A DNA stretch of 64,000 nucleotides from Massalongia carnosa (lineage: Eukaryota): assembly GCA_965645245.1 (NCBI GenBank), contig OZ287079.1, positions 1,116,001 to 1,180,000 on the forward strand. Reading direction: 5' to 3'. The translations under genes and the position numbers were made by a program. The notes below the pieces were generated by a model. That model saw nothing but the letters and a program-made list of their open reading frames with translations. It was not told where the DNA came from and did not search any database. Of this stretch, positions 37,501-49,341 are shown in pieces. How positions within the stretch are numbered: position 1 is the first letter of the stretch; every line of letters begins with the position of its first letter.

Positions 37501-37984
37501 CCCCTGCTCCACCCCAGTATGGGTGATGGAGATTGAAGTCTCCTAGAAGAATATGCTCTCCGGGGTCTTGTAATTGGTGTAATACGGTCGATAGGGTGGA
37601 CGGGCTAGTTATCGAGGAAGTGGATAAGGGCGATGGATTGTATACGTTGTGTATGTGAATCATTTTTGTTCCGTTTCCGATTTTTACTTTTATTTTCAAT
37701 GTGCTCATATCCTTTGACGGGTATTCCACTTCCCAGCTTTCTGGGTCTATTTTGTTATTGATATAAAAGCAAACTCGCGTGTCGCCCCCTGGTTTATAAA
37801 GAAGATGGAACCCACTTTGATAGGGGTTAAGAAGTAGGGACGTCGTAGGGTTTTTCCACGGTTCTTGAATAGCTATGATGTCGAAATCCTGTGTTCTTTT
37901 ATCTGACAGCAAGGGTATCAGTGTGCCTTTTGCACTTTTCCTGACATTGTACTGCAGTATCGTAAGGGTGTCTGTGTTCTTCAT
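34577..37984 (-). CDS. LINE ORF2: apurinic-like endonuclease, reverse transcriptase and C-terminal zinc knuckle
   Basis: Uninterrupted 1135 aa. APE motifs LQYNV, IAIQEP, GDFNLHH, SDH. RT motifs KAPGPDGI, WRPIALL, GIPQGSPLSP, FVDD. C-terminal CPC..H..C. Confidence 0.96.
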   Translation of the reverse strand: MKNTDTLTILQYNVRKSAKGTLIPLLSDKRTQDFDIIAIQEPWKNPTTSLLLNPYQSGFHLLYKPGGDTRVCFYINNKIDPESWEVEYPSKDMSTLKIKVKIGNGTKMIHIHNVYNPSPLSTSSITSPSTLSTVLHQLQDPGEHILLGDFNLHHPYWGGAGVRGQHEASEQLLDIIENKNLSLTLPRGTITWEARNSTSTIDLVFMTEDLTERLEHCTTVPEMNQDSDHIPISTRLRLSCEPLTKLPRRAWKLLNMDKVKEIEKRTPAPRMLHSIEEIDQYTKEIQDYLKEIVDKAVPWARPSPEAKPFWNKECDDATRETRRLRRIWTAERNLADWKNYVKANDKKQKIIGKANNLCFKQQIATSTTSQSGLFRLAKWGKNKSDAPREIPKMPPLATTQDPDTIANTFEEKAKMLKKSFFPLPPDADLSDIVGYTYPQTPDCPILITKEEVAAALRRSKPDKAPGPDGITNRILKACSENLIKLLTPLFQACAEQGYHPRAFKTANTITLKKPGKSTYADPKAWRPIALLNTLGKMLESIIARKISYLTEKLRLIPDTQMGARPGRATDTALELLTEQVHTVWNQEKDKVASLLSIDVSGAFDTVSHRRLIHNLRKRKIPEWITKWTESFLKERETTLTINQRTTNAFQLNIGIPQGSPLSPILYLFYNADLLDICNRPGTNAAGMGFVDDVNILAYGKSTEENCKTLEKIHNDCERWAARHGSVFAPHKYELIHLAKNPKKFNLDASFAVRGKILKTKTSIRVLGVYIDTRLDWAAHYKEIQKKMTRQTMALTKIAASTWGATLLRARHVYTAVIRPAMSHGSIAWHMPAEARKKAKVESRGKLEVIQNKCLRVIAGAYKATPIEVLQAETHIPPLTQHLDRLQAKTRSRISNSEQEKIIKQACNRIQVKLRGKRGQSRVAEKTPGTRKREWVTKMTKDAPKTDKLDQPSPPPWTTIDEAQKRQRTAQVTTQNQRDGIIKKHFENQWINKWKAYQAKHTLYPTIAQQAPIHRKRLNAHKLLDKAQSSLATQIRTEKIGLANFLYRRKVPGVNSAACPCGSLLQTVKHVIMFCRLHEHRTHMLRTAGSSDYRKLITEPKALKVVTAWLMRTGILTQYSIATQLLEQQPGSLSSV

Positions 37985-39617
37985 AGCATTCTTTCGTTGA
38001 GTTGTATCTCGTTGGTGTTTCTTGCTCTAGTCATCGGACGTCCTCTTTTCGGTTTGGCGAAGACCGACTCTCTGTTTTCTGGGTTCATTATTTTTGCCCT
38101 CGTCGACCCCCATTCTTCCCTCCCTCGTAGAATCCTCCGTTCTTGTGCTTCTTGTGGTGATAACGAGCGCGACCGAGTGACTCTCAGTTCTCTAATTGAT
38201 CTCGCACTTTCTTTTCTCTTACTTATCGTCTTCGTAGTTTCTGTCATTTCCACTTCGTTTTCCGCCTCTTCTCCTTCCTGCGGCTCCGCCTCGTTGGTGA
38301 TGTGTGTCGATGGGAACTCGTTTTGTGAGGCGTCGGTGGGTTTGTTTGATTGGTGTTGTTGATTCCCATGACCTGCTTCGGTTTCGTCCTCGACTACGAT
38401 TTCCATACGCCCCCCCTGCGCTTGGCTGAGGATTGCTTTATTTCCTTTGGGTGGGGGCGGCACTGCGTACAAGCGCCGGCGTGATTCTCTTGTGATTTCC
38501 GTGCGGTGTTTTTTCTCTTTCCTGACTTGGCATTGGGCTGCCCACGCTGGGTGTCCCTTGTCCCCGCACACTGCGCATCGTAGGGACCTTCCGGTTCTGC
38601 TGCATGGGCAGTTTCTGCTGTCGTGCCTTCCGACGCAGTACCCGCAGACGGTGGGATTTTTGCAAAACTTCGCGATGTGTCCGTATTGCTGACAATTGAA
38701 GCATTGCGTGAGCTTGCAGCCGGCTTCGAAGAGCTCGCATGTTTTTATTTCCCCTTCGTCCGCCAGTCCTACGAGGATCAAACGATTGGCCATTTCTGCA
38801 GTTTCTACCTCGATGTGTAACGAGGCGTAGCGCTTGTTTTGTTTGCGGGCTCTGGCGCTCCAGGCTACTCGATTGATTTTCAGTCCTTCATGCAATCCTG
38901 CGTTTTCCTTTGTCAAGTATTCCAATGCTTTCGCTTGCTTTGACCCTCTGACTTCGTTCATTTTTACTCCGTGAGCTAGAATTGCATAGCCTTCTTTGCG
39001 TATCGTCGCTGATGCAGCAACTCTCTTTATCCATTCCGAGTGTGCTTGCAAGGTTTCCTTGACTTCCGGTGTTTTTACGTGAATTTTTAGATCTCCACTT
39101 GGTAGTCGTCGGATGCCCGTCACCTCTTCGTTAGAGACTCGTAGGGCGTCTACTATTTCCTTTGTGGTCTTTTTACCTAGGGCTTCCTGCTCCTTGGGGT
39201 CTTCTATTCTCACTATGATTTCCTTCATTTTTCTCTTCTCTCTGAGGGTGTGTTCCTCGTTGAGGCCTTGATTCTTCACTTCGGTTTCCTGTCCGCTTTT
39301 ACGCTTTCCTGCTGCGACCGCCGCGTAGCTGAGAGCCTTGCCGTTATTCTCGCCCTGTTTTTCTATCTTCTTCAATCTTTGCTGAATATCCTGCAATGTA
39401 TCTTGAAAATTTCCTGCTTCGACGCGTCGAGCGCGTCGCGTTCCGATGAAGTTTTTTCTATGAACTCAACAAGATCGAGTATCCAACGCCTCGCCTCCGC
39501 GCCGGCTACAATCCCATCTGCTCTTTCCAGAAATTCTCTTGCTTTGCTTGTTAGCTCGTGAGTTTCACTTATCTCTTGCCCTTGGGCTTCGACACTCGTT
39601 GTCGTATTCATTTTCAT
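37981..39617 (-). CDS. LINE ORF1 (gag-like nucleic-acid-binding protein) with one frameshift near 39400
   Basis: Three Cys/His knuckles (CFNCQQYGHIAKFC, CGYCVGRHDSRNC, CAVCGDKGH..C). The N-terminal segment from ATG 39617 lies in a different frame. Confidence 0.88.
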
Positions 39618-39725
39618 CACCCAATTTTTCGATTTCAATGCTCTATAGCTAATGATATGGAAGAGCAATTCAACACGACGCATTTGACTACATCAACTAT
39701 TTCATTACTGATTATCATCATAATC

Positions 39726-41741
39726 ATGAATTGTAATGATACTGTCACGCGTCTGAATGATGCTAAGCAGTTTCTAATAGATAATCCACTTGAAAGCAAG
39801 ATATGCGCTGCTCGCATATTTGACATTCCTCGTACCACTTTACAAAGTTCACTTGCTCAAAACAGCCGCGTCGAATGAAGTCGAGAAGAGAGGAGGACAT
39901 AATAAGATATTGGAGAAGCATCAGATCAAAGCAATACATGAGTTCATTCGCTCGTTACTTACATATGGTGTTCAACCGACGCATGAACTGATATTCAACG
40001 CGATCAAGAGTCTGAAGCGAAGTCAGAATGCTGATTATAAAGGTCCTACTAAGCGATGGTTTAGAACATGGTGGAAATCCAACCATTTACATAAGATTAA
40101 GACTAAACCGCTAGCAGTCGTTCGCTATACGGCGGGACAAGTGAAGGACGTTGAAGCATGGTTCGCTGATTATCGGGTGGTTCTTCGAGAGCTGAATATC
40201 AAGAATAAACGAAATATCATCAATTTTGATGAGGCTGGTTTTCGAGTTGGCTGCATGAAGGGACATGAAATTTTGGTTCCAACAGACGTAAAGGAGTATT
40301 ATTCTATTAGTCCTGGGAATAGAAAATCTATCACCATTTTCGAGAATATAAACGCCGCCGGTGATTATCCGCCACCTCCTTTACTTGTCATACAAGGTCA
40401 TGATATGATGAGCAATTGGTTTGCAGACAAACTGCCTAAAGGAACTCGAATTGTTTCGTCAGAAAATGGATTCACATCGGATAAAATAGCGATTGCATAT
40501 CTGCAACATTACATTGAAAATTCTGATGCAGGATCTGAGAGTGATTGGAAGTTGATGCTCATGGATAATCACGGTAGTCATGTTACTCCTGAATTCATCA
40601 AGCTTGCCAATGAAAACTGGATTCGTCCTTATCCTTTGATACCAAATTTGACGCATTGTATGCAACCGCTTGATGTAGGAGTGTTTCAACCTTATAAATA
40701 TTGGCATGATGTGGCCATTCAAGATGCGATTGCGGAGTTCAATGTAGAGTATACAATAACTCGATTTTGTCAAGATCTCACCAAAATACGAGATAACACA
40801 TTCAAGAAATCCACTATTCAATCTGCCTTTGAAAGATCCTGGAATGTGGCCTATTAATAAGAAGAAATGCACTGAACAGCTAAAGAGGTTTGTACCTTCG
40901 CAAAGTGAGAATAATTCTTCTTCTTTTTCAACATTATCTCTTCCAACATTGCCACGAATTCAACCTAAAACGTTTGATGATGTTGAAAGAGGATTACTTG
41001 AATGGCTACCCAAAATTCGCGATAATACACAATAGAGTGATCCAGTCCGGGAACAGGAGTTGGAGGAATTCGTGAGTAATACGAAGGAAGTTGTTGCCAA
41101 ATCGACGCTTACGAACTTCGAATTATCACTTCATCATGAGCGAGAAGCAATGAATTACTACAAAGAGCAACTTCTCGCAAGCGATTAAGACCTAATTACT
41201 CGACAGACGGAGGATTAGGACTCACGAAGGAGGATGCGCAACGAGCAATTGCTGAAAGACAGCAAAAGATGAGCAGATAGAAAAGAAACGAGAACACAAC
41301 AACTTCATGAGAACATGGCGAATGAAAAGAGATAGTGTACACGCGGAAGGTGTTATCGCTCGAAAGAATGAAAATATCAGAATAAAACATGTTAAAGACC
41401 TCGCAAAACAGGGAGTTAGCATATCCGATGAAATGTTGAATCCCATTGGTGATCCTGAGGCCATTTGGAAGGCGAGCGACATTACTTGGCAGACGGAAGA
41501 GACCAAAAAAAAGACGAAGAAAGGAGTAAAAGATACTCATATATTCAATGATGAAGAGGAAGAGACAGAGACTATCTTTATGATGGATACTGTAGGTGAT
41601 CAAAACCTACGATTTATAGGTGAAGGTGATTCTATTCGTCTACAAAAAGACTTCGTTGCCTTTGAAATAGAAGAGGAAGTAGGCGATGATGTCGACGACA
41701 GCGACGAGGATGATGTTCAGGAGCAGTTGGGTTATTATTAG
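39726..41741 (+). pseudogene. Fot1/pogo DD35D transposase pseudogene
   Basis: HTH (AARIFDIPRTTL), CENP-B-type HTH, NFDEAGF, LMDNHGSH and MQPLDVGVF (35 aa between D2 and D3). Frameshifts near 39870, 40835 and 41150-41260, and a TAG at 41033. Confidence 0.9.
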
Positions 41742-43887
41742 TATAACTACTATTATAACATTTTTCATGCTTGATCTTTGCAGAAAAAAATTCCCATCGT
41801 TATTTGATTGATTTTTTGCGTGTAAAAGTTGAAAAGACGAACTTTGCTTTCCCCGACTAGAGGCGAACGCCTCGAGTCGGCCGAGGTAAGCGAGAGACTA
41901 GCCGACGATTATCCTTTTCTCGTTCATTCAGGCACGGCAGGACAATTTGATGGAGAACAAAGTAATATTTGGTGTCAGAGCGCACCACAGAACTGTTCCT
42001 TTCTCGAGAGCTTATTAGGAAAGGCTCTAATGGAGACAATGACACGGATCCATGACATCAAGGGCGTACCTTCCTCCCAGTTGTGAATACATGGATTATC
42101 AATGTCGAAGGTTAACAGCGAAAATAAGAACGAGTAGTCAAACCATACTTCCGTTCGCACTCAGGCTTGCGACCATCAAAATAGCATGTTGGCCACTTGT
42201 CGGGGAGTAACTGTTCTTCGATGCTTCAATCGATAGCTTTACTTCAACCATCATTGAAACTACCTACATCCTCGTATTCGAAAATCGCACGCTGTTGTCC
42301 CCAAATTTCTTCTGTGCACTGAACATATTATTAATATCAATAATATAAGGGTCTTTGCGTATCAGTTCAATGACGGATTCAACTGCTCTCCTGATATAAG
42401 TCTCCAGCATTGAACGTTAAGACCGCATCCATATCCTAATACTGAACCGACCAACTCGCCGAGCTGTGATAAATGCACCAAAGCCTTGGCATATTGGTGT
42501 GGCTCATTCCGCCTTATTAGTCAATACAAAGCAACAAAAGCATGGTAGAGACGGCGGAAGGATTTCATGTAATTTACATGAATTTATCAACGACTTCGTA
42601 TATAGCTTTGGAGTTACCAACATATATATCAATTCTATTTAGAAGTTTAACCACGTCTCTCAAATGACGCATCTGGAACCTTTTAAGGTCATGAGGTATT
42701 TATGTATACTCATAGCGAGGAAGAGGACTAAATATTGATAGCCATGACAACAGTTACAGACACTGATAGCTGTACTGTCACGTCCGTCAGAGCTATGATC
42801 CATAATCCAGGAGTTTAACCGAACCAAATCGGTGATAATTATTAGGCTATATATTTGTTCATTTGGAACGATACCGGTTCAATCCATATGGACATAATTA
42901 CAGAGGACAAAGATCATGAAAAGGTCACATTCAGGTTGAGGTCGCTGACCTACAGACTTACCACTTCCCAAATTCGATATTGGGACTTTGAGGCGGGCAT
43001 GGGGGTTTTCGTTGGAAGAATTGTTAAAGTTATAAAGAGCAGGGTCTTGAAACTATCAGTTCTCCGGAGGAGGCTCTAGTTGGGTATTGGTGGGAGTTAA
43101 GCCGTCTGAACGAACTCTGCTAACGAAAATCTTCTAGATATACTGTTATCAATGACCTTGCAGAAAAGAAATCGAAGATTACCGCAAGTACTTTGTGGCC
43201 GGATCTTCTCCTCCAGTACTAATCCAGAACTGAGAGAAAGCCTCTGCATATAGTATATAGTACATTTAGCTCCTTGGAGGGTTCCTCTTCCTCTATTTCT
43301 TCTACTGTTTCATGAGGAGTTTGTTTCTCGCCTTCTATCGTTTACTGTGACAAAGTATTCTCTATACCTTCTTTTGTTTGCGACTTTGTGGTTGAGATAA
43401 GACAAGTCCCCAGAACCAGAGTTGTAGGAGCTTTATTTTATATAAAGCTAAACCGGAGTACGAGCAAAGCGAGCGAGCAGGCCAGGCCGGCCATCATTAG
43501 GCAATCACCTAGCACCTATTCATCCCGCCCATCCCTGCCAATATCTCCCACATCGGTAGCCCCGTTATTAGTAGGGGTGATGGGGGTTTTTTTTAATTTT
43601 AGATTTTTTTTAAAAAAAGGGGAGTTTAGGCCCAGGGTACAATGTAATATGTAGGCTAGTTCAAAGCAACCACCCAGATTATGAGCGGTTGATTACTCGT
43701 TCTTGCCCCCCCCCCCCTTCTCAAACAGCAAGCTCCGGCCTGCTAGGTCAGAAACCTCTACGTGGTGCAGGCTGTCAACACATCCTCGAAAGTGGCCAAT
43801 ATCTGATCATCGCCAACGCGGAAGCCCACCTCGGTGGCTGTTTGAATGATCAACGTCTCTACTGATCATCCACTACTTCGAAGGCAT

Positions 43888-43969
43888 AAAAAGCCCATTC
43901 ATTCGGAATGATTACACCCCTCAGGCGGAAGCCTTTCACCACATCGAAAAAGCCCATTCATTCGGAATG
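43888..43969. repeat. 23-bp direct repeat AAAAAGCCCATTCATTCGGAATG x2
   Basis: Exact copies at 43888-43910 and 43947-43969. Confidence 0.85.
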
Positions 43970-44650
43970 GCCACACTTCCACACTTCCATTTATAACGAC
44001 ACCATGATCTGCCCTCGATCACGGCCCGTCTTTCCTCCATTGAATCAAAACGTTTAAAAAGAAGAGAATGTTCGTCGAACGTGTGGGGAGATACACACTC
44101 TAGTTCATCAAGTCCACAGGATTCCTAGCGCTTGAAGATCTGAGTGTATGCACCGCGTGGTAGAAAAACGTTTTCGAAACGTTCAATATGGATTTAAGGA
44201 GTGATTTACCCTGCTAATTAGCCAACTAACTACGTACATACACAAGAGTACCACCTACATACCTAGATGAACGGTGAAGCCCCGGGGGCGCTAGCGTACA
44301 GCCCGTCTTTCCTTCCCGGCTATGTAGCTTCTTTTTTATTTTAATTTTTCTCTTCTGGGGCAGCTAGCTACATAGCTACCTGTCTACTTACCTAAGAACC
44401 GGAATAACTTTATAATTCGTTTCATTCGCTGGTTTAGGCGTGGATGAGCTTCGGTCGGGGCGAGAGATAGGGTGGAGGGGTGGATGAATGGATAAAGGGG
44501 GGAAGAGGAAGGGTGAAATGGGTGAGAGGTTGGGGGGTGATTGGAGATTGGAGATTGGAGATATTGTTTTTTTTTTTAAAGTGACTCGTTGATACCTTTA
44601 TAGAATTCCTGTTTGTTTATGGTTTTACATGAGCCAAGGAGATTGTGGGC

Positions 44651-46823
44651 CTACCCTCCCCCATCACAACTATTCCGCCACGCCCATACCCCCTTCCCCC
44701 AACCACTACCAACCATCAGCACCTCCGCCCGACCATCTCCATCCAAATCCGCAAAGTACACTCTTCCGTCCCTTCCCATTCCCACCCCCGCACCGGCCCA
44801 AACCTCTCCCTGCGGCGCCCAGAAAATCCCCTTCCCATCCCCATCTCCATCCCCATCGTTATCGCCAGGAAAATTCAAATACGCCTGCACCCCTCCTCCT
44901 TCGTCTCTGCTGCCGAGTTTGGGTGGAGGTGAAAGCGCGAGAAAGTCGGCCCGTCCGTCGCCGTTAATGTCTACGAAAGCGATTTCTGCACGGTTGCTAG
45001 AGCTAGAGCCGACGGCGGTTTGGACGAGGGGGAGAAAGCCAAAGGGGGGACCACCGGTGTTGAGGGAGGTGTGGATCGAGGTAGTGGGGCTGATCCTGCA
45101 AGGGGGTTTTAAAGAGGAGAGGCGGGTGAGTGGTGAAGAGGGTTTTTGCAGGTGAGGGGTTTAAAAAATAGAAACAATTAAAGATAAAAGGAGAAAGGAG
45201 AGGAGGGGTTTACCAGATATAATCTGCTCTTCCATCGCCATCGAGGTCGGCGAACCGGACACCTTCCCCATCTTGGCCCGGCCCGTGGGTGATGAGTCCC
45301 AAGGGCAGCCAGGTGATGTTGAGTGCTGCGGGATCGGAGTTGGGGGCTGGAGTATTCAGCCAGGCTTTTACGGAGCCGTTGGAGAAGACTAGATGATTAG
45401 ACTCAAAGGGTCCACTATGTGAAACCCTATTACGAATACTAATAGAGAAAGACCTACCTTGCAAGTACTCTGCCCTCCCATCACCGTTAAGATCGGCAAA
45501 CTGGACCTCTCCTCCGCTTGCGCCGAGGCTGCTGGCAATTATTCCTCGTGGGCTCCAATGTATGTTTTTTCCGTTCTTGTCGTCTCGGGAGAAGGTATCG
45601 TCGTTAAGGTAGGCTGTCACGCTGCCGTTTGCATCGACCCTGATGGGAGGAGAAGAGCTCAGTATGTGCAGGGGAGTATGTACATGGGAAAAGGGGCTGT
45701 TTACCACAGGTATTCGGCACGGCCATCGCCGTTTAAATCTGCAAAGTGGACTGCTGTTGTGGCTGAACGGCTGAGGCTTGCGCAGACCCTCCCGTTGTTG
45801 AATCGGGTTTTTTTGAGTCCAGAACCCTCATCGCATTCGCAAGCGGATGTATCGTTTAGCCTATTGTTTTTTGCTCGATCAAGGCGATGAGGAGAGCAGG
45901 AAGAGTAAAGCTTACGAAACCGTACAGGTGGGTGCAGCATCGAGATCGTGGGCCAGACCAGTCTCATTGAAAATTCTTCCCATCAAAGTCCAAGTGGATT
46001 TGTAATTGCAGTTTACCAAATGGCGTTCCAGGCTCGTGTTGATGATGGGTTTGTTAATCCAGCCCTTGGTATCCGCTTGATCGATAGCCCAGCGCCATTG
46101 GTCAGCCATCTTCTTGTAACCATCATCATTAGGATGGAAATCGTCAGCCAAGTCAGAAATCGCTACAGCATCGAACATATCTACCAAGGCCACGTGATGA
46201 GTTGCACTGGCTCGTTGAGAAACTATGCTAGTGATTGGCTTGTTGTAGGTTTCGATTCTGCTCTCGATCTGTGATTGTCTAGATGGGATCACTGTAGCTA
46301 CCAGCACCAAGGCATCTGGGCAGGCTTGGACTATTTTGTCAAGTAGAGTAGCCAGACGCTGTGGGGCGTCGGCTGGATCGACCTTGATGCCAAGATCGTT
46401 GGTGCCAGCATGTAGAAGGACCACATTAGGCCGTAATCTCAGGGACCGTGTCGCTTTGCCAGAGATTTGATCGATGGTATAACCATCATGGCCCTCGTGA
46501 TAATCTCCTGGAAATCCATCCCCAGATTCTGAGCCTATATAATTTACCATATACCCCCCGAGGTTGTTGAACAGATCAAGCCGGTAGCCATTTCCATGGG
46601 TGCTGCGGGAGCCGTTGGTGATGGAATCTTAGTCCCGACGAATGTCAGCGAAGCCGAAATATCCCGCCTAAGTACGCAGCGTACCACCCAGAGGTAAAAT
46701 CCTTAGAACCAACTCCTTAGAAACAGCGCGATGGATGCTTAGATATCGTCGGACGGGCTTTGCGTAAATAAACGTGCCCACGAGAAAGAGAAAGAGAAAT
46801 ACAGGGATAACGATGGATTTCAT
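44651..46823 (-). CDS. Secreted SGNH/GDSL esterase (CE3-like) with C-terminal FG-GAP/VCBS repeats
   Basis: Signal peptide MKSIVIPVFLFLFLVG; ILPLGDSIT, HAGTND and DDFHPND; five DxxGDGRA repeats across several exons. Confidence 0.88.
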
Positions 46824-47678
46824 GATTGATGCTCTACATGAATGGTCTGCCTGCCGGTCTGCCTGCCTATCTGTTACATGTACAGCAGTCTCTACGGACC
46901 GAAAGCGTGATGTCTAGCCAAAGGCATGAAGAAAACGGAGATAGATCTGATGTCAGAACGAAAGAGGCGGAACACTACGGCGGGTCAAAACGGAAAGAAA
47001 CCGAGACAAAAGGAATTGTTTCCAATGAGACAAAATGCGACATAACACATTTTCTTTGAAGACTGAGTACGACATCACTTTGAAGCTAACCGATCGATGT
47101 GAATCTGCTCAGAGAATGAGAATCAGAATCAGAATCCAGCATCTGCTCCGTAAATCAGATCCGGATGGATGTTCCAACTCTAATGAAGTTATATAGACCC
47201 ACGAACCAACGTCGTATTATAACAACGAACGCAGAAACGCAAAGCGTAGCGTCCTAAGACGGGAAAGTACTCACGATGGCTTGAATGTTGAAACACATCG
47301 TGGTCGTCAGAATTCTCCAGAGTCATCGAGATGATTTCTTTGATAGCGGCATGAAATCATCACGAAATCATTATGGGCCATTGGTCACCCGGAAACGCAA
47401 GCGACATACGGGTTTGGTGTCAGCGAGAAAGTTCTGTTCCGGCGAAAAATGGACAAAAGACCTCCATCAGACCATCACCAGGAAGCACCAGCGCTTTCAG
47501 GCTACCATTGAAAGAAAGCAGGAAGGTCTACAAGCTGGATGAGATACACGAGACAAAGTGTCGGACCACTCTCGTCCTCGTGACACTACGAGGAAAAGAC
47601 CATGTACATTAGAGGCAAAAAAGCAAGCTATGACAATCGGAGTGGCCGAGTCGAGTTGATTTCCTTCGCCATAAACGC

Positions 47679-49341
47679 CTAGTCGAGAACCTGCAACATT
47701 TGCGTAGTGCGAACAAATTTCTCCCTCTCCTTCCCTCTCGATCGACCTCGCTCTTTCTCTGCATCATCAATCTTTCGCCAGTCGTTCCAGCTCACAGTCC
47801 TCAGTCCTCGACTTATGGTTTCCTGCTTCAAGCTATCCCAGCCTTGCCCGCCACGCAAAAATGGCGCATTTCTTTCCCAGTCGCTGATAATTGCGGCAGC
47901 ACTTGCGAAAGCATCTTCCATAGTGTTCGCTATGACTCCTGTAGGCCCTCTCTTCACCCATCCCGAGCAATACATGCCTGGAACGATGGAAGCATTCCCT
48001 TGCCCAGGCGGGGCCGGAAAAACCACGCGACCGTATTGATCATTCGCTATGATTCCCCGCTTGGTATCAAAATGTAGGCCAAGTTCCTCCATACCAGGCA
48101 AAGCTTCGGATTTGTAGCCAATACTTCGAAAAGCTAGAGAAGCAGGAAACGTCACATGTTCGTTGGATGGCGTCAACTGGGCATTTGAATCGAAAGGGTT
48201 CAATCCTGTCAGTTGGTTTTTGGTGAAGGTAATGGAAGAAAGCTGATTAGAAGTTATATTAGGAGAGTTGAACGATCTAGGAGAAAGGAGAAAGTCGAGG
48301 GACCAAGACTTGGAAGTTTCGGTCGACAAACTTGCTGCACCTTGCAACAACAGCTGCATGAGACGTTTCGCAGTCCGTGGAAGCTCAGAAAGCCTTTCTG
48401 GGAATAAGGAAAGGGCTAGGGGCTCGAAGCCGACGGAAGGCAATTTCATAAGTTCACGAACTTCCTTGATGGTGAACGGAGCCTTCCCATGAATAAGCAC
48501 GTCGAGTTTATCATAGTTGTGAAATTATCAAATCACGAACCTGCATTGGCCCTCTTCGGCCAACGACTCTGACCCGTTTTACACGGCTCTTTAATAGGGC
48601 GGCAAGGGCATGTTCTGTCATGTCCGTCTTCCTCAGACTATCGACATCAGTTAACAGAGTCCTTGCAACATCCAAAGCAACGTTTCCTTGGCCGATGATG
48701 ATTGCTTCCTCCCCTAACTGAAGATCTGGTGATAAGTCTGCATATTCAGGCAGACCATTGTACCAACCCACAAAGGCACGCGCTGAATAAATACCATTCA
48801 AGGTATTTTCTCCTGGAATCCTTAAGCTACGGTCTTTTGAAGCTCCATACGCAAATAGTATTGCATGATAATGATCTTTGAGAGACGATAATGGGAGGTG
48901 TTTCCCAATATCAACATTTCCAATGAAATTAAACCTTGGTGAAGACGCAACTTCGGCAAACTTTTCTTCGCAGTTCTACGGGCCAGGCTTTGTTAGTATG
49001 GGAGAGTTTGAATCAGCGTAAGTTGAGTCCAAGCATAGGCCTACTTTGACTTCTGGATGATCCGGTGCAACTCCAAATCTGACTAGTCCGTAAGGGACTG
49101 GGAGCTGTTCGTACATATCCACGACTGCGTTTTCAATCTTGTTTATCACCTTATAGGCTGTGTAGAATCCCGCAGGCCCAGATCCAATGACAGCCATTCG
49201 AAATGGCCGTTCATCCCCAACCACATAGCTGGAGTTACGCCTTTGATGTTTAAATATAGATCCATAAGTTATATGAAAGGAAATTTTTGGGCTTAGGATT
49301 GCATTTGTGACGCGGCCACAGACAGCGCCAAGGACTTTCAT
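47679..49341 (-). CDS. ARH1: Mitochondrial NADPH:adrenodoxin oxidoreductase
   Basis: AVIGSGPAGFY, GLVRFGVAPDHPEVK, IIGQGNVALDVAR, GRRGP and GWVKRGPTGVI. Two introns. Confidence 0.94.

Larger units (their letters stand above)
34386..39669 (-). mobile_element. Full-length Tad1-like non-LTR retrotransposon (LINE), 5284 bp
   Basis: 15-bp TSD TCAACACGACGCATT at 34371-34385 and 39670-39684. 3' tail of (AATCA)n repeats. Contains ORF1 and ORF2. Confidence 0.95.
34255..41909 (+). mobile_element. Fot1/pogo-family DNA transposon (about 2.36 kb without insert) containing a nested LINE
   Basis: Perfect 72-bp TIRs at 34255-34326 and 41838-41909. TA on both flanks (34253-34254, 41910-41911). Internal DD35D transposase remnant. 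Confidence 0.95.

Noticed and set aside
41912..44600. Gene remnants to the right of the pogo element
   Set aside because: Only short ORFs with no motifs; no spliced model could be assembled
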